From assembly GCA_964014015.1 (NCBI GenBank), contig CAXGYR010000001.1:1260-65259 (forward strand): a stretch of DNA of 64,000 bases. Reading direction: 5' to 3'. The position numbers and the translations under genes were made by a program. How positions within the stretch are numbered: the stretch's first letter is position 1; each line of letters begins with the position of its first letter. Source of the DNA: an uncultured Kiritimatiellaceae bacterium. GTDB lineage: Bacteria > Verrucomicrobiota > Kiritimatiellia > Kiritimatiellales > Pontiellaceae. The notes beneath the pieces were generated by a model. It was not told where the DNA came from. It did no database searches and saw only the letters and a program-made list of their open reading frames with translations. Shown piece after piece: positions 49,978 through 59,760 of the stretch.

Positions 49978-50162
49978 AAAGTTCCTCTTATCAAAAACAA
50001 GAAAGAACATATGCTCTTTCGCAACTTAGCGCAAGGTAGAAATAGTAAAATCATAATTTTTTACTCCTACGTCGATAGGTTAAATTTCCTAATAATTTGA
50101 TTGCCAGAACCTAACTGAATCCGGTTTTATTCGCCTCTTTTAACGAAGGACACAAATCAACT

Positions 50163-50468
50163 ATGGCCAAGAAAAGTAAAATTGCAAAAAATCAAAAGCG
50201 AATTGCACTGTCCAATCGCTACTATGAAAAACGGATTGCACTCAAGAAGGCTATTAGCAGTCCCGACACTTCACCCGAAGATCGTATGGCAGCCATTCGT
50301 AAATTGCGTTCACTGCCTGTTGATGCAAACCCAAACCGTGTCATGAACCGCTGTTCAATTACGGGTCGTCCTCATGCTGTTTATAGAAAATTTCAACTCT
50401 CGCGTATTACGCTTCGTGAGATGGCATCGCAAGGTCAAATTCCCGGCATGACCAAAGCCAGCTGGTAA
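50163..50468 (+). CDS. rpsN: 30S ribosomal protein S14 (long, zinc-free type)
   Basis: [31 protein letters not shown]; 101 aa. Confidence 0.97.
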   Translation: MAKKSKIAKNQKRIALSNRYYEKRIALKKAISSPDTSPEDRMAAIRKLRSLPVDANPNRVMNRCSITGRPHAVYRKFQLSRITLREMASQGQIPGMTKASW

Positions 50469-50479
50469 GCAGTGCCTAC

Positions 50480-50520
50480 CTACAAAAAAAACCGCTCCTT
50501 TGAGAGCGGTTTTTTTGTAG
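50480..50520. terminator. Bidirectional rho-independent terminator between rpsN and rpmB
   Basis: A-tract, ACCGCTC stem, GAGCGGT, T-tract. Confidence 0.88.
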
Positions 50521-50536
50521 CCTGATCCGTTAAGAA

Positions 50537-50767
50537 TTACGCCTTGGTAACAGCACCTGAACGCAGAGCTTTTGCCGAAACCCACACACGTTTAACCGTA
50601 CCGTTTTCATCCCGCACTTTCACCCGCTGAAGATTAGGCTTGAAGGTCCGCTTCGTTGCACTGGTTACATGCAACCCGATGCCCCCTTTTTTCTTCGCAA
50701 GACCCTTGCGAACAATCCGACGACCAACAGTTGTTTTCTTACCTGTAACTGCACATTGACGACCCAT
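50537..50767 (-). CDS. rpmB: 50S ribosomal protein L28
   Basis: R.C.VTGK, TKRTFKPNLQ, VSAKALR; PVC/Chlamydia-like G.AKKKGGIG insert. Confidence 0.95.
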   Translation of the reverse strand: MGRQCAVTGKKTTVGRRIVRKGLAKKKGGIGLHVTSATKRTFKPNLQRVKVRDENGTVKRVWVSAKALRSGAVTKA

Positions 50768-50878
50768 AATCTTACCTCGTTATAAATTATTGAATGTTTG
50801 TCCTTACCGAAAGGTTGAAGAAACTAGCGTACTTTCGTTCAATTGCAAGCGGATTGTTCTCTTTTCAATCTGTCGCTT

Positions 50879-52000
50879 TCAAACTAGCACAGAGCATACC
50901 GCATTACTGACAAATCGTTTGTCGGCCGGAATACGCAACTTTACTCCATCCCACTCCAGTAATTTTTCCTCGATTAGTGGAACCCACTCCTCGTTATACA
51001 ATGACTGTAAATCAACCCCGGTAACTTCCATAAACTCTTCCCGCTTCACGCCATCAGCTAACCTCAGCCACATAACCAAAATTTCTCGTGCTTTCGCCTC
51101 GGGTGTCAACCGCTCTCGCATTTCCACAACCGATTCTCCCGCAGTCAAATTAGAGCAGTAGCTCTCTAAATCAGCTCGATTGCTATACCGTTCTCCCTGC
51201 CAATGTGAATGGGCCGACGGTCCACATCCAATATATTCGCCCCCTTTCCAATAGATGAGATTATGCAAACACTCTTCACCCACTTTGGCAAAATTCGAAA
51301 TTTCATATTGAGCATAACCAGCCTGCTCTAACCGAAGCGCTATGTCCTCATAAATCGTCGCCTCCTCGTCATCATTCAGCAGCTCAAGCTTACCCGCATC
51401 CCGATCGCGCGTCAGCGGTGTTCCAGGCTCATAGATGAGATTATAATACGATACATGCTCAGGAGCGAGTGAGAGCAACTGGTCAACATCCGCACTTCGC
51501 TGGAGTGGTGTGAGCCCCGGAACTGACTGAATCATATCAATATTTATTTTCTCAAAACCCATCTCCCGACCCAGCTGGTATGCCTCGATAGCGATATCAG
51601 CTGTGTGAGCTCGACCCAGCAAAGTAAGAGCCTCTGCCTGAAACGTCTGAATACCCATCGAGAGCCGGTTTGCTCCCCCCGCGCGCAAGACCGATAATTT
51701 ATCTCTATCCAAACTGTTTGGATTCACCTCAACACTCCACTCCAGCACCTGGCTCACATCCACATGTAAACGAACCAACTGCAGCAACCGGTCTAATTCA
51801 TCACATGCAAGTGCCGAAGGGGTCCCCCCGCCTATAAAAATTGTTTGCGGCGAAAACCCTTGTGGAAGGTTCGAAAGTTCTACTGCCAGCGCATCCAGAA
51901 AACGGGCACCCCCAAGCCACTTTTTTGGTGTCACTTTGTAGAAATCACAATAACGACAGCGCGACACGCATAACGGGATATGAATATAAAGCCCTCTCAC
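50879..52000 (-). CDS. hemW: Radical SAM heme chaperone HemW
   Basis: LYIHIPLC...C.YCDF, GGGTPS, YEISNF, HN..YW, G.GPSAH. Confidence 0.9.
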   Translation of the reverse strand: MRGLYIHIPLCVSRCRYCDFYKVTPKKWLGGARFLDALAVELSNLPQGFSPQTIFIGGGTPSALACDELDRLLQLVRLHVDVSQVLEWSVEVNPNSLDRDKLSVLRAGGANRLSMGIQTFQAEALTLLGRAHTADIAIEAYQLGREMGFEKINIDMIQSVPGLTPLQRSADVDQLLSLAPEHVSYYNLIYEPGTPLTRDRDAGKLELLNDDEEATIYEDIALRLEQAGYAQYEISNFAKVGEECLHNLIYWKGGEYIGCGPSAHSHWQGERYSNRADLESYCSNLTAGESVVEMRERLTPEAKAREILVMWLRLADGVKREEFMEVTGVDLQSLYNEEWVPLIEEKLLEWDGVKLRIPADKRFVSNAVCSVLV

Positions 52001-53325
52001 ACCTTTCTCCTCTTAAACCAACTGCACGTAGCCAACAGGAGCATCAGAACACCCACAACATAAAATGGTCCAAACCACTGACTACTCGCCATAAAAAGCG
52101 CATCACCAGATCCATCCGTGACCCCTTCATTCCGCAAGTGCCAAAGAAGCCCTGCATACAAAACACCCATCAATCCATAGTTCAGATTGAGCGCTAGCCC
52201 CTTAAAACTAAGCACCGTTGCCCGCATGGTTGACGTTGCCTCTTGATTCAAATAGTACGAGAGTGAAAAAGAGATCAAACTAAAGGCCACGTTCAGCAAC
52301 AGCATAAAAACGATTCCAACCAGCGGAATAAATTGAGAGACCCCAAAAAAGGCCAAACAGCCTACTCCCCCCACCACTACCCAAAGCTGTCTCGGCGAGG
52401 TACGCTCCACCACCCGCTTAATCAACGGAGAGCAAACCATGTTGAGCGCCCCCATTGCAGAACCGATAATACCAAGCGCAAATTCAGGATAAGCAATCAA
52501 CCGATAATATTCAGATGCAAGCGTCACAAACATACGAATCGTTCCGTCCGCAAACGCACCCATAATAATGACACTCAACGCAAATGGAGTTGCTAAAATC
52601 CAGCGCCCCACTTCACGTGTTTGTTTAAGAGAGGCAAGCCATGGCTCACTCGACTTAACCGCCTCGCTTACCGTTAGATCTGTCATCCTCCGGCACACCA
52701 ACCAGCATGCGATGGCGCTAAAAAAGGTCAAAATAATCGGCAATCGTATCACCATATCAACAGGCAACTGCTCCAACGCCTCCCATCGTGTCGAGAGTCT
52801 TGTCCACAATGACTGATCATACACAACACCGCCAACGACCATCGCAATCACAAAGCCAAACGATTTCCAGCGAGTCATGTGATCAAGCACCTCCGACCAT
52901 CGGTGCTCAAGCTTTGCCGCCTTCAGACTATCATACACCAGCGCTTCATCTGCCCCGCTTGCAGCCGCTTCAGCTAATCCGCTCAATATTCGATTAACAG
53001 CCAAGCAACCTAGCAACAACGTAGGGTTTCCCGTCGGCGCAAACGCCCAAACACCCATCTCCAACACCATTAATGTGCTGGTTAGCTGCATCAGTTTTTT
53101 TCGTCCAACCAGGTCTGCCAAAGCACCAGAAGGAACTTCCGCCAGAATAATGGTGACCGCCCATAGCGTGTTCAATAGTGCGAACTGGGAGAGCGTAAGC
53201 CCAAAATCCAGAAAGATAATCGCGAAGACCGGATAGTAAAACCGAGCATTAAACAACGTGCGAAATAGAATAAAAAGGCGAATGTTACGCTCCGCTGTCT
53301 CGACAGCATTACTCTCAGGCTTCAT
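51997..53325 (-). CDS. Major facilitator superfamily transporter
   Basis: About 12 TM; EVPSGALADLVGRK motif A, SGADEALVYDSL, RATVLS. Confidence 0.88.
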   Translation of the reverse strand: MKPESNAVETAERNIRLFILFRTLFNARFYYPVFAIIFLDFGLTLSQFALLNTLWAVTIILAEVPSGALADLVGRKKLMQLTSTLMVLEMGVWAFAPTGNPTLLLGCLAVNRILSGLAEAAASGADEALVYDSLKAAKLEHRWSEVLDHMTRWKSFGFVIAMVVGGVVYDQSLWTRLSTRWEALEQLPVDMVIRLPIILTFFSAIACWLVCRRMTDLTVSEAVKSSEPWLASLKQTREVGRWILATPFALSVIIMGAFADGTIRMFVTLASEYYRLIAYPEFALGIIGSAMGALNMVCSPLIKRVVERTSPRQLWVVVGGVGCLAFFGVSQFIPLVGIVFMLLLNVAFSLISFSLSYYLNQEATSTMRATVLSFKGLALNLNYGLMGVLYAGLLWHLRNEGVTDGSGDALFMASSQWFGPFYVVGVLMLLLATCSWFKRRKV

Positions 53326-54905
53326 CGTAACGCCCTCTGGTGCATGCGTATGCCCGCGTACATTACTAGCGAACCTGCCACCAATGGAACAAGCGGATGC
53401 GCACCCAATAATCCGACCGGAACAAACCCGATCAACAACGCCACAACAGCCGCCAGCAGCGCATATGGCAACTGTGTTTTAACATGGGTATAAGGTTCTA
53501 CACCGCAGGAGATTGACGCCACAATCGTCGTATCACTAAAGGGTGAACAGTGATCGCCAAAGACGGCCCCACTAAAAACAGCCGCCACACTCGCAGCTAT
53601 TTGCTCTAATGAGACATCACCAAAAGACAGCAAAACCGGAATTACCAAGGGCATCAATAATCCCATGGTTCCCCATGATGTTCCCGTGGTAAAAGAGACC
53701 AAACTGCCAACGATAAACACCAGCGCCGGAAACAGCCGCTCATCTAGCCGAGCCCCCAGCAGCTCCCCCAAAACAGTATGCACCCCCAATGCCTTAAGCA
53801 CACTGCTCAACAGCCAGGCACTCAACAAAATCAACAACGGCTTCAAAAACGTTTGCACCCCTTTCAAGATGACCATCCGCATATTCATTTGCTGAGCCAG
53901 CACATACCGGCGGTTCATCAATACAGCTACAAAGAGCCCAACTGCAGCAGCTCTGAGCAATATCCGCGCTGCATCTGCATTTCCAAAAGCATTGGCAACA
54001 TCCGCTACTGATTGCGGTAACCGCACTGTATCCGATCCGCTAACATATAATCCAACAAATAGAGCCAACATCAGCACCAATAGCGGCATCAAAACAGCTG
54101 TTACAGGCGCCCATGACGCATGAAGCTCAAGTGCCATATCGCGCTCTGCTTTTACCTCTTCCTGATAGGATCTCATGGAGCCCATATACCAGTTTCGCTG
54201 AATTGAAATCGCTAATAGAATCAGCGTAAACCAGCAGTAAAAATTATACGGAATCGAATAGACGAATAATTGATAGAGCGACACCAGCGGCTCAGCATCC
54301 GCCAACAAAAACCCCTCCTGCATCATCGAAAGTTGATAGGCAATCCAAGTAGAAATTAACGCGACACACGCCACTGCTGAACTAGTGGAATCGACAATAT
54401 ACGCCATTCGGGCCCGTGAAACTCCCGCTTTTTGAGCCGTATTGCTCAGCGTTTTACCCACCAGCATACTATTCGCCAACCCGTCAAAAAAACAGATTAT
54501 CCCCAAGCCGAAAGCACCCCACTCAACCCGCTTACGTATCGAGCCATCTGATGACAGCAGTGAATGAATAATTCTTCTAAAGCCACCACCCGCTTCGAGC
54601 ACCGCCGCGAAGGCTGCCAGTATTAATGTAAAACCAACCACTGAAATATTCCAATCACTGCTCATCACGGGAGACAAATGATCGACAAAAAAGCGGATGG
54701 GAATCTCTGTCAACGTAGGTTCCAGCATCAACATGCCAGCATACACTCCTAAAAGCAGTCCCCCCAGTGTGCGACGAAACAAGATGATAGAAAAAAGTGC
54801 CACGGCACTCGGCCACAGCATGGTAATGGGTGCCGTAGCGATCCGACAGCCGATCGATACTGCCGAGACAATCAACAGATAGAGTAGCATCGTCCAACGC
54901 ATCAA
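53322..54905 (-). CDS. NhaC-family transporter (LysW-like amino-acid/cation transporter)
   Basis: FFDGLAN, AYIVDSTS, YNFY, TGTSWGTM, GAVFGDHCSP.SDTTI, HVKTQLPYA. Confidence 0.85.
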   Translation of the reverse strand: MMRWTMLLYLLIVSAVSIGCRIATAPITMLWPSAVALFSIILFRRTLGGLLLGVYAGMLMLEPTLTEIPIRFFVDHLSPVMSSDWNISVVGFTLILAAFAAVLEAGGGFRRIIHSLLSSDGSIRKRVEWGAFGLGIICFFDGLANSMLVGKTLSNTAQKAGVSRARMAYIVDSTSSAVACVALISTWIAYQLSMMQEGFLLADAEPLVSLYQLFVYSIPYNFYCWFTLILLAISIQRNWYMGSMRSYQEEVKAERDMALELHASWAPVTAVLMPLLVLMLALFVGLYVSGSDTVRLPQSVADVANAFGNADAARILLRAAAVGLFVAVLMNRRYVLAQQMNMRMVILKGVQTFLKPLLILLSAWLLSSVLKALGVHTVLGELLGARLDERLFPALVFIVGSLVSFTTGTSWGTMGLLMPLVIPVLLSFGDVSLEQIAASVAAVFSGAVFGDHCSPFSDTTIVASISCGVEPYTHVKTQLPYALLAAVVALLIGFVPVGLLGAHPLVPLVAGSLVMYAGIRMHQRALR

Positions 54906-56017
54906 ATCGAAATCTCCTGCGCAGTTATCTGATCTACCGGATCAGGATAGCGATATAGTTTACCCTCGTGATTTTCAAAAAGCACCTCATCCCCCTCTCT
55001 TCGCAACTGTGAAGCATGCACAATTGGAACTTTTCCACCGCCGCCCGGTGCGTCGATCACAAACTGAGGAACCGCTACACCCGATATATAACCATGCAAC
55101 GAACGAATCAACTCCACGCCCTGCATAACCGGTGTTCGAAAATGCGCCGAACCACGTACCGGATCACACTGCAACAGATAATACGGCTTCACCTGAACCT
55201 CCAGCATACCGTAGAAAAGGTCTTTCAAGGCACTGCTTGAATCATTAACGCCCTTCAGCAGGACGGTCTGACTAATCATAGGAACACCGCCACCACTCAA
55301 CTTTCGGCAAGCTGCTACTGTCTCCGCAGTCAGCTCCGCCGCATGAATAAAATGTAGACTTAACCAAACATCATATTTTCGCAACAGATCCACCAGCGCA
55401 TCCGTAATCCGCATCGGCAACACCGCCGGCACCTTTGAACCGATTCGAATCAACCGAACATGAGAAATCGAACGAAGTCGGTTTAAAATCGTCTCCAGCG
55501 CCTGATCCGTCATCGTCAACGGATCTCCACCCGAGATCAGCACATCACGAATGGCTGGATGCTCTTCAATATATTGAAAGCTAGCTTCATAGCCATCAGC
55601 TCGTGCCTGCGGCTTTCCCACCATTCGTGACCGCGTACAATACCGACAATAGGTAGAACAGAACGATGTAGCCAAAAACAGCACCTTATCCGGATACGTA
55701 TGAATCAAGTGCGGAGCAACCCGATGATCCTCCTCCCCGAGCGGATCTTCCCACTCCCCTCGAGACAAACGACACTCAGCCTCCTGCGGCACTATCGTTT
55801 TTCGTAATGCCTGATGGTTAATGTGCTGAGAATAATATGGCGTGATACCCAACGAAAATGAAGCTGCCGAAGCAACCGCCCTCTCTTCCCGAACAGTTAA
55901 TTTCGTTGCAGCGCGCAGTTGATCAAAATCCGACAACCGATTTGCAATCTGCCACTTCCAATCATTCCAGCAACTCTCGTCTGATTGAACGGAAGCATTT
56001 ATGACCTCTTTTTTCAC
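54902..56017 (-). CDS. kamA: KamA family radical SAM enzyme (lysine 2,3-aminomutase-like); start probably GTG 56017
   Basis: W.DWKWQ, DPLGE, H.YPD, CSTYCRYCTR, SGGDPL, QTVLLKGVND, PYYL.QCD, DAPGGGGK. Confidence 0.85.
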   Translation of the reverse strand: MKKEVINASVQSDESCWNDWKWQIANRLSDFDQLRAATKLTVREERAVASAASFSLGITPYYSQHINHQALRKTIVPQEAECRLSRGEWEDPLGEEDHRVAPHLIHTYPDKVLFLATSFCSTYCRYCTRSRMVGKPQARADGYEASFQYIEEHPAIRDVLISGGDPLTMTDQALETILNRLRSISHVRLIRIGSKVPAVLPMRITDALVDLLRKYDVWLSLHFIHAAELTAETVAACRKLSGGGVPMISQTVLLKGVNDSSSALKDLFYGMLEVQVKPYYLLQCDPVRGSAHFRTPVMQGVELIRSLHGYISGVAVPQFVIDAPGGGGKVPIVHASQLRREGDEVLFENHEGKLYRYPDPVDQITAQEISI

Positions 56018-56070
56018 AATGTATTCTCTCTCGCAGTTGACAACAATTAACGGAACGGCATTATAGCGAG

Positions 56071-56934
56071 ATGCCAGCAGATAAAAAAGAGATAGAAACG
56101 CAAATCGAAGCCGTAAAAAAAACAATGGCCGCCATACTAGAGGAGAGCAACTTATCCCGCTTTCTCTCCAGCAACAAAAACCTACTCGGCAGCGGAAAAA
56201 TGCTCCGCTCCCGACTGGTACAACACTTAGGCCTTGCAACAGGCACCTCCCCCGATCTGCTCGTACGTGCCGGCGCAGCCGTTGACATCATTCATGCCGC
56301 CAGCCTCGTGCACGATGATGTTATCGACGGCGGCATCATCCGCAGAGGCGCACCCACTTTCTGGAAAAAACACGGCACGAACGGAGCCATTCTCTTTGGT
56401 GATCTGATGATGTTTCGTTCACTCTCATTACTAGTCGACGGCAACCGCCCCGATTTACTCAAAGAGCTCATAGACATGACCGGCGAGGTCTGTCGCTCCG
56501 AAGCCGAGCAAGAACTCATACTGCGCGGCACGCCCGGCACCTGGGAGGAATGCAAGCAGATTGCCCGTTTCAAAACCGGTTCGCTCTTCGCCTTCGCCGC
56601 TGTTGCCGGCGGGAGCGGCGACCCAGCCGAAGCCGACGTCTTGCGCGAAGCTGGCTTCACGCTCGGTACTGCCTACCAACTAGCAGACGACATCCTAGAT
56701 GCCTCCGGAAACGAGTCCGTTTCCGGCAAAACACTCGGCCGCGATGCAGAACGCGGTAAAACCACCGCCATCACCGCCACCCTAGGAGCTCCCGAAAGCC
56801 CCGCCGACTATCTATTTGGATTGCTCAAAGAAGCCTCCGAAATGCTCACGCCCTGGCCCCACCTTCATCACGCATGGGACGGCTACATTGAAACAGAATT
56901 CCAACCCATAATTGCCAAATTCATCGCCGCATAA
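56071..56934 (+). CDS. Polyprenyl diphosphate synthase
   Basis: GKMLR, HDDVID....RRG, KTGSLF, YQLADDILD, GKTT. Confidence 0.9.
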   Translation: MPADKKEIETQIEAVKKTMAAILEESNLSRFLSSNKNLLGSGKMLRSRLVQHLGLATGTSPDLLVRAGAAVDIIHAASLVHDDVIDGGIIRRGAPTFWKKHGTNGAILFGDLMMFRSLSLLVDGNRPDLLKELIDMTGEVCRSEAEQELILRGTPGTWEECKQIARFKTGSLFAFAAVAGGSGDPAEADVLREAGFTLGTAYQLADDILDASGNESVSGKTLGRDAERGKTTAITATLGAPESPADYLFGLLKEASEMLTPWPHLHHAWDGYIETEFQPIIAKFIAA

Positions 56935-57172
56935 GAGCATCACGCAGAAGCGCAGATGTAAATAAATTATGTCGCACCGCCCGTCCCATACCGCGATGGA
57001 ATGCAATTCCCTGTGCGAGATAATCTCGCACGCCCAGCCGGACCCTCTTTACCCGCTCTCCAGTACCAGCGCTTCTTTGTTGTTTTTTTCTGAATAAACC
57101 CTTTAAACGATAGATATGAATCGGTATAAATCTACCCATTAAGCGATTCTGCTGTTCTGAAGGAGTACAAAA

Positions 57173-58528
57173 TTGGCGACATACAAAATTAGTAAAGGCT
57201 TTGATGTTAAGGTGTTAGGTAGACCTGAACCCGTCATTGAAGAGCTAGGGGGGCAGACTCGTTTTGCAGTGTATCCGAGTGAGTTTGCCGGCATTAAACC
57301 TCGTTTGCAGGTTAAAGTTGGTGATCGGGTGAAACGGGGTCAGGTACTCTTTTTCAATAAACGCATGGATCGGACACTCTTTCGTTCGCCCTGCTGCGGC
57401 ACCATTTCAGCCATCAATTTGGGCACCCGGCGTTTTCCGGTTGAAATCTTGATTGATGCCGATGCCAACGAAGAGTCCGAAACATTCAACGTGTACTCAA
57501 GCGACTCCATTTTACAGGCATCTCGTGATGAGCTCACAACGCACCTGCTCGACAGTGGATTATGGCCGCTTATTAAACAGCGTCCCTTTAATAAGATTGC
57601 AGACCCAGATACAGCGCCTAAAGCCGTATTCATTAATGCCGCCAACGCCGCTCCTTTTCAGGCGGACTTTAGCGTTGTTTTAAAGGGAGATGAGAATGCA
57701 TTTCAGGCGGGCATCAACGCACTGAGCCGTCTAACAGATGGAAAAGTTCACATTTGTACATCTGCAGGCGTAGAGTTACCTGCCTTTGAACGAGCTGAAT
57801 TGCACACGTTTGTCGGCAAATATCCTTCGGGCAACACGAGTGTGCACATTAATCGGATTGCTCCGATTCTGCCTAACGACACGGTGTACACCCTCGCGGC
57901 ACAGGACGTTATTCTACTCGGAAAGCTTTTAACGACTGGCGAACTGCCTCGCACGAAGGTTGTTGCATTGGCAGGACCTGCCGTTAAGGAGTCTGCTCGC
58001 AAGTATTATCGTGTCCCTTTCGGCGCTTCCCTTGAGTCGCTGTTCTCAGATGTATTGGAGGGCGATGAAATTCGTATTGTGAACGGTAACATTATGTGGG
58101 GCGAAAAAGTTGCTGCTGATTCCTGCGCTCATTTTTATGGGTCTGAATACTTCGCACTTGAGGAAGATCGTTCGCGCCATCTGCTTGGCTGGACCATGCC
58201 CGGACTTTTCCAATACAGCTCGCATCGGGTGAACCTCTCTACCCTTCTGGGAATGACGCACAAATGGAAGCTTGGCACCAGCCAACACGGTTCCCACCGT
58301 GCGATGGTAGTCACCGGCTGGATGGATAAGCACCAGCCGCTGAATGTTATGACGGACTTTCTGGTTCGCGCCTGTCTAGCGCACGATACCGATGAGATGG
58401 TACAGCTCGGTATTTTAGAAACCGATCCAGAAGATTTTGCCATCGCAGCGTTTGTAGATCCGCATAAAACAGACGTTTGCTCGATAATTAAACAAGGGTT
58501 AGCTGAAATTGAGGAGGAAGGCATCTAA
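57173..58528 (+). CDS. nqrA: Na+-translocating NADH:quinone reductase subunit A (TTG start)
   Basis: KISKG.D, VKVGDRVKRG, SP..G, QRPF, YPSGN, PEDFA; AAGGAG RBS. Confidence 0.95.
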   Translation: MATYKISKGFDVKVLGRPEPVIEELGGQTRFAVYPSEFAGIKPRLQVKVGDRVKRGQVLFFNKRMDRTLFRSPCCGTISAINLGTRRFPVEILIDADANEESETFNVYSSDSILQASRDELTTHLLDSGLWPLIKQRPFNKIADPDTAPKAVFINAANAAPFQADFSVVLKGDENAFQAGINALSRLTDGKVHICTSAGVELPAFERAELHTFVGKYPSGNTSVHINRIAPILPNDTVYTLAAQDVILLGKLLTTGELPRTKVVALAGPAVKESARKYYRVPFGASLESLFSDVLEGDEIRIVNGNIMWGEKVAADSCAHFYGSEYFALEEDRSRHLLGWTMPGLFQYSSHRVNLSTLLGMTHKWKLGTSQHGSHRAMVVTGWMDKHQPLNVMTDFLVRACLAHDTDEMVQLGILETDPEDFAIAAFVDPHKTDVCSIIKQGLAEIEEEGI

Positions 58529-59760
58529 TGAAGTTCCTATTTGATCTGCAAGACAAGTATCTGGCTCCGCTTTTTGAAAAAGGCGGCAAATTTGAACGCC
58601 TTTATCCGCTTTTTGAGGCGGGTGATACGTTCGCACGTACACCGGGAGACGTAACCAAAGGCGCGCCTCATGTTCGTGACTCCATCGATCAGAAACGATT
58701 AATGATCTTTGTGATTTACGCGCTTACTCCATGTATTCTTTTCGGTATTTGGAACGCGGGTCATCAATTTAACACACATAATAATGTGGAAGGCGCTACG
58801 TTTCTGACCGATATGATTCGTGGTTCGCTTATGGTACTGCCCATCATCTTTACCTCCTATCTCGTAGGCGGTATTTGCGAGGTAACGTTTGCATTGATTC
58901 GTCGTCACGAGATCAATGAGGGTTTCTTGGTAAGCGGCATGCTTTTTCCGCTAACGCTTGCTCCCACCACCCCGCTCTGGCAAGTAGCACTCGGTATTGC
59001 GTTCGGTATCGTGATTGGTAAAGAAATTTTTGGAGGCGTTGGTTATAATGTCCTCAATCCAGCGTTAACGGGTCGTGCTTTTCTATTCTTTGCTTATCCG
59101 GCACAGATTTCAGGCGATCAGGTCTGGGTGGGCTCTGCTAGTAAAGCTCCGTTGGTCAACCAACTGATGGGCTACAGTTCAACAGCTACGGATGGCGTTA
59201 CGATGGCAACACCGCTAGGCGTTGCCGCCGCTTCGGATGGTGCCGCATCCGCACAGGCTGCCTTGGCTGATGCCGGTTATAATCTCACGAACATGATATC
59301 CGGCGTGATTCCGGGTAGTATTGGCTCCACGTCAGTTATCGCTATTTTATTGGGCTTGGGATACCTTATGATTACAGGGGTCGCCTCTTCTCGTATCATC
59401 TTTAGTGGAATTGCGGGTGCGGCTGCCATGGGCGCGCTCTTTAATGTGCTTCCGCTCAACGATTCGTTTGCTCAGCTCCCCTTCTACTATCATTTAGTCA
59501 TGGGCGGCTTCCTCTTCGGTATCGTCTTTATGGCAACCGATCCTGTTTCTGCGGCGGCGAGTAACCGCGGTAAAATCATATACGGCTTTTTAATCGGTGT
59601 GCTGACTGTCATTATTCGCGTGGCAAATCCAGCCTATCCAGAAGGCATCATGCTCGCCATTTTGTTTATGAACGTGATGGCACCCATGATCGATCACTAT
59701 GTTGTTCAGGGTCATATTAAACAACGGACCAAACTAGCGAGGGCATTAAACCATGCGTGA
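58528..59760 (+). CDS. nqrB: Na+-NQR subunit B
   Basis: HVRD..D.KR.M, KEIFGG.G.N, YPAQISGD, FMN site MATPL, MATDPVS. Confidence 0.96.
   Translation: MKFLFDLQDKYLAPLFEKGGKFERLYPLFEAGDTFARTPGDVTKGAPHVRDSIDQKRLMIFVIYALTPCILFGIWNAGHQFNTHNNVEGATFLTDMIRGSLMVLPIIFTSYLVGGICEVTFALIRRHEINEGFLVSGMLFPLTLAPTTPLWQVALGIAFGIVIGKEIFGGVGYNVLNPALTGRAFLFFAYPAQISGDQVWVGSASKAPLVNQLMGYSSTATDGVTMATPLGVAAASDGAASAQAALADAGYNLTNMISGVIPGSIGSTSVIAILLGLGYLMITGVASSRIIFSGIAGAAAMGALFNVLPLNDSFAQLPFYYHLVMGGFLFGIVFMATDPVSAAASNRGKIIYGFLIGVLTVIIRVANPAYPEGIMLAILFMNVMAPMIDHYVVQGHIKQRTKLARALNHA

Noticed and set aside
56018-56070. Lysine riboswitch upstream of kamA
   Set aside because: Only 53 bp of intergenic space, filled by divergent promoters
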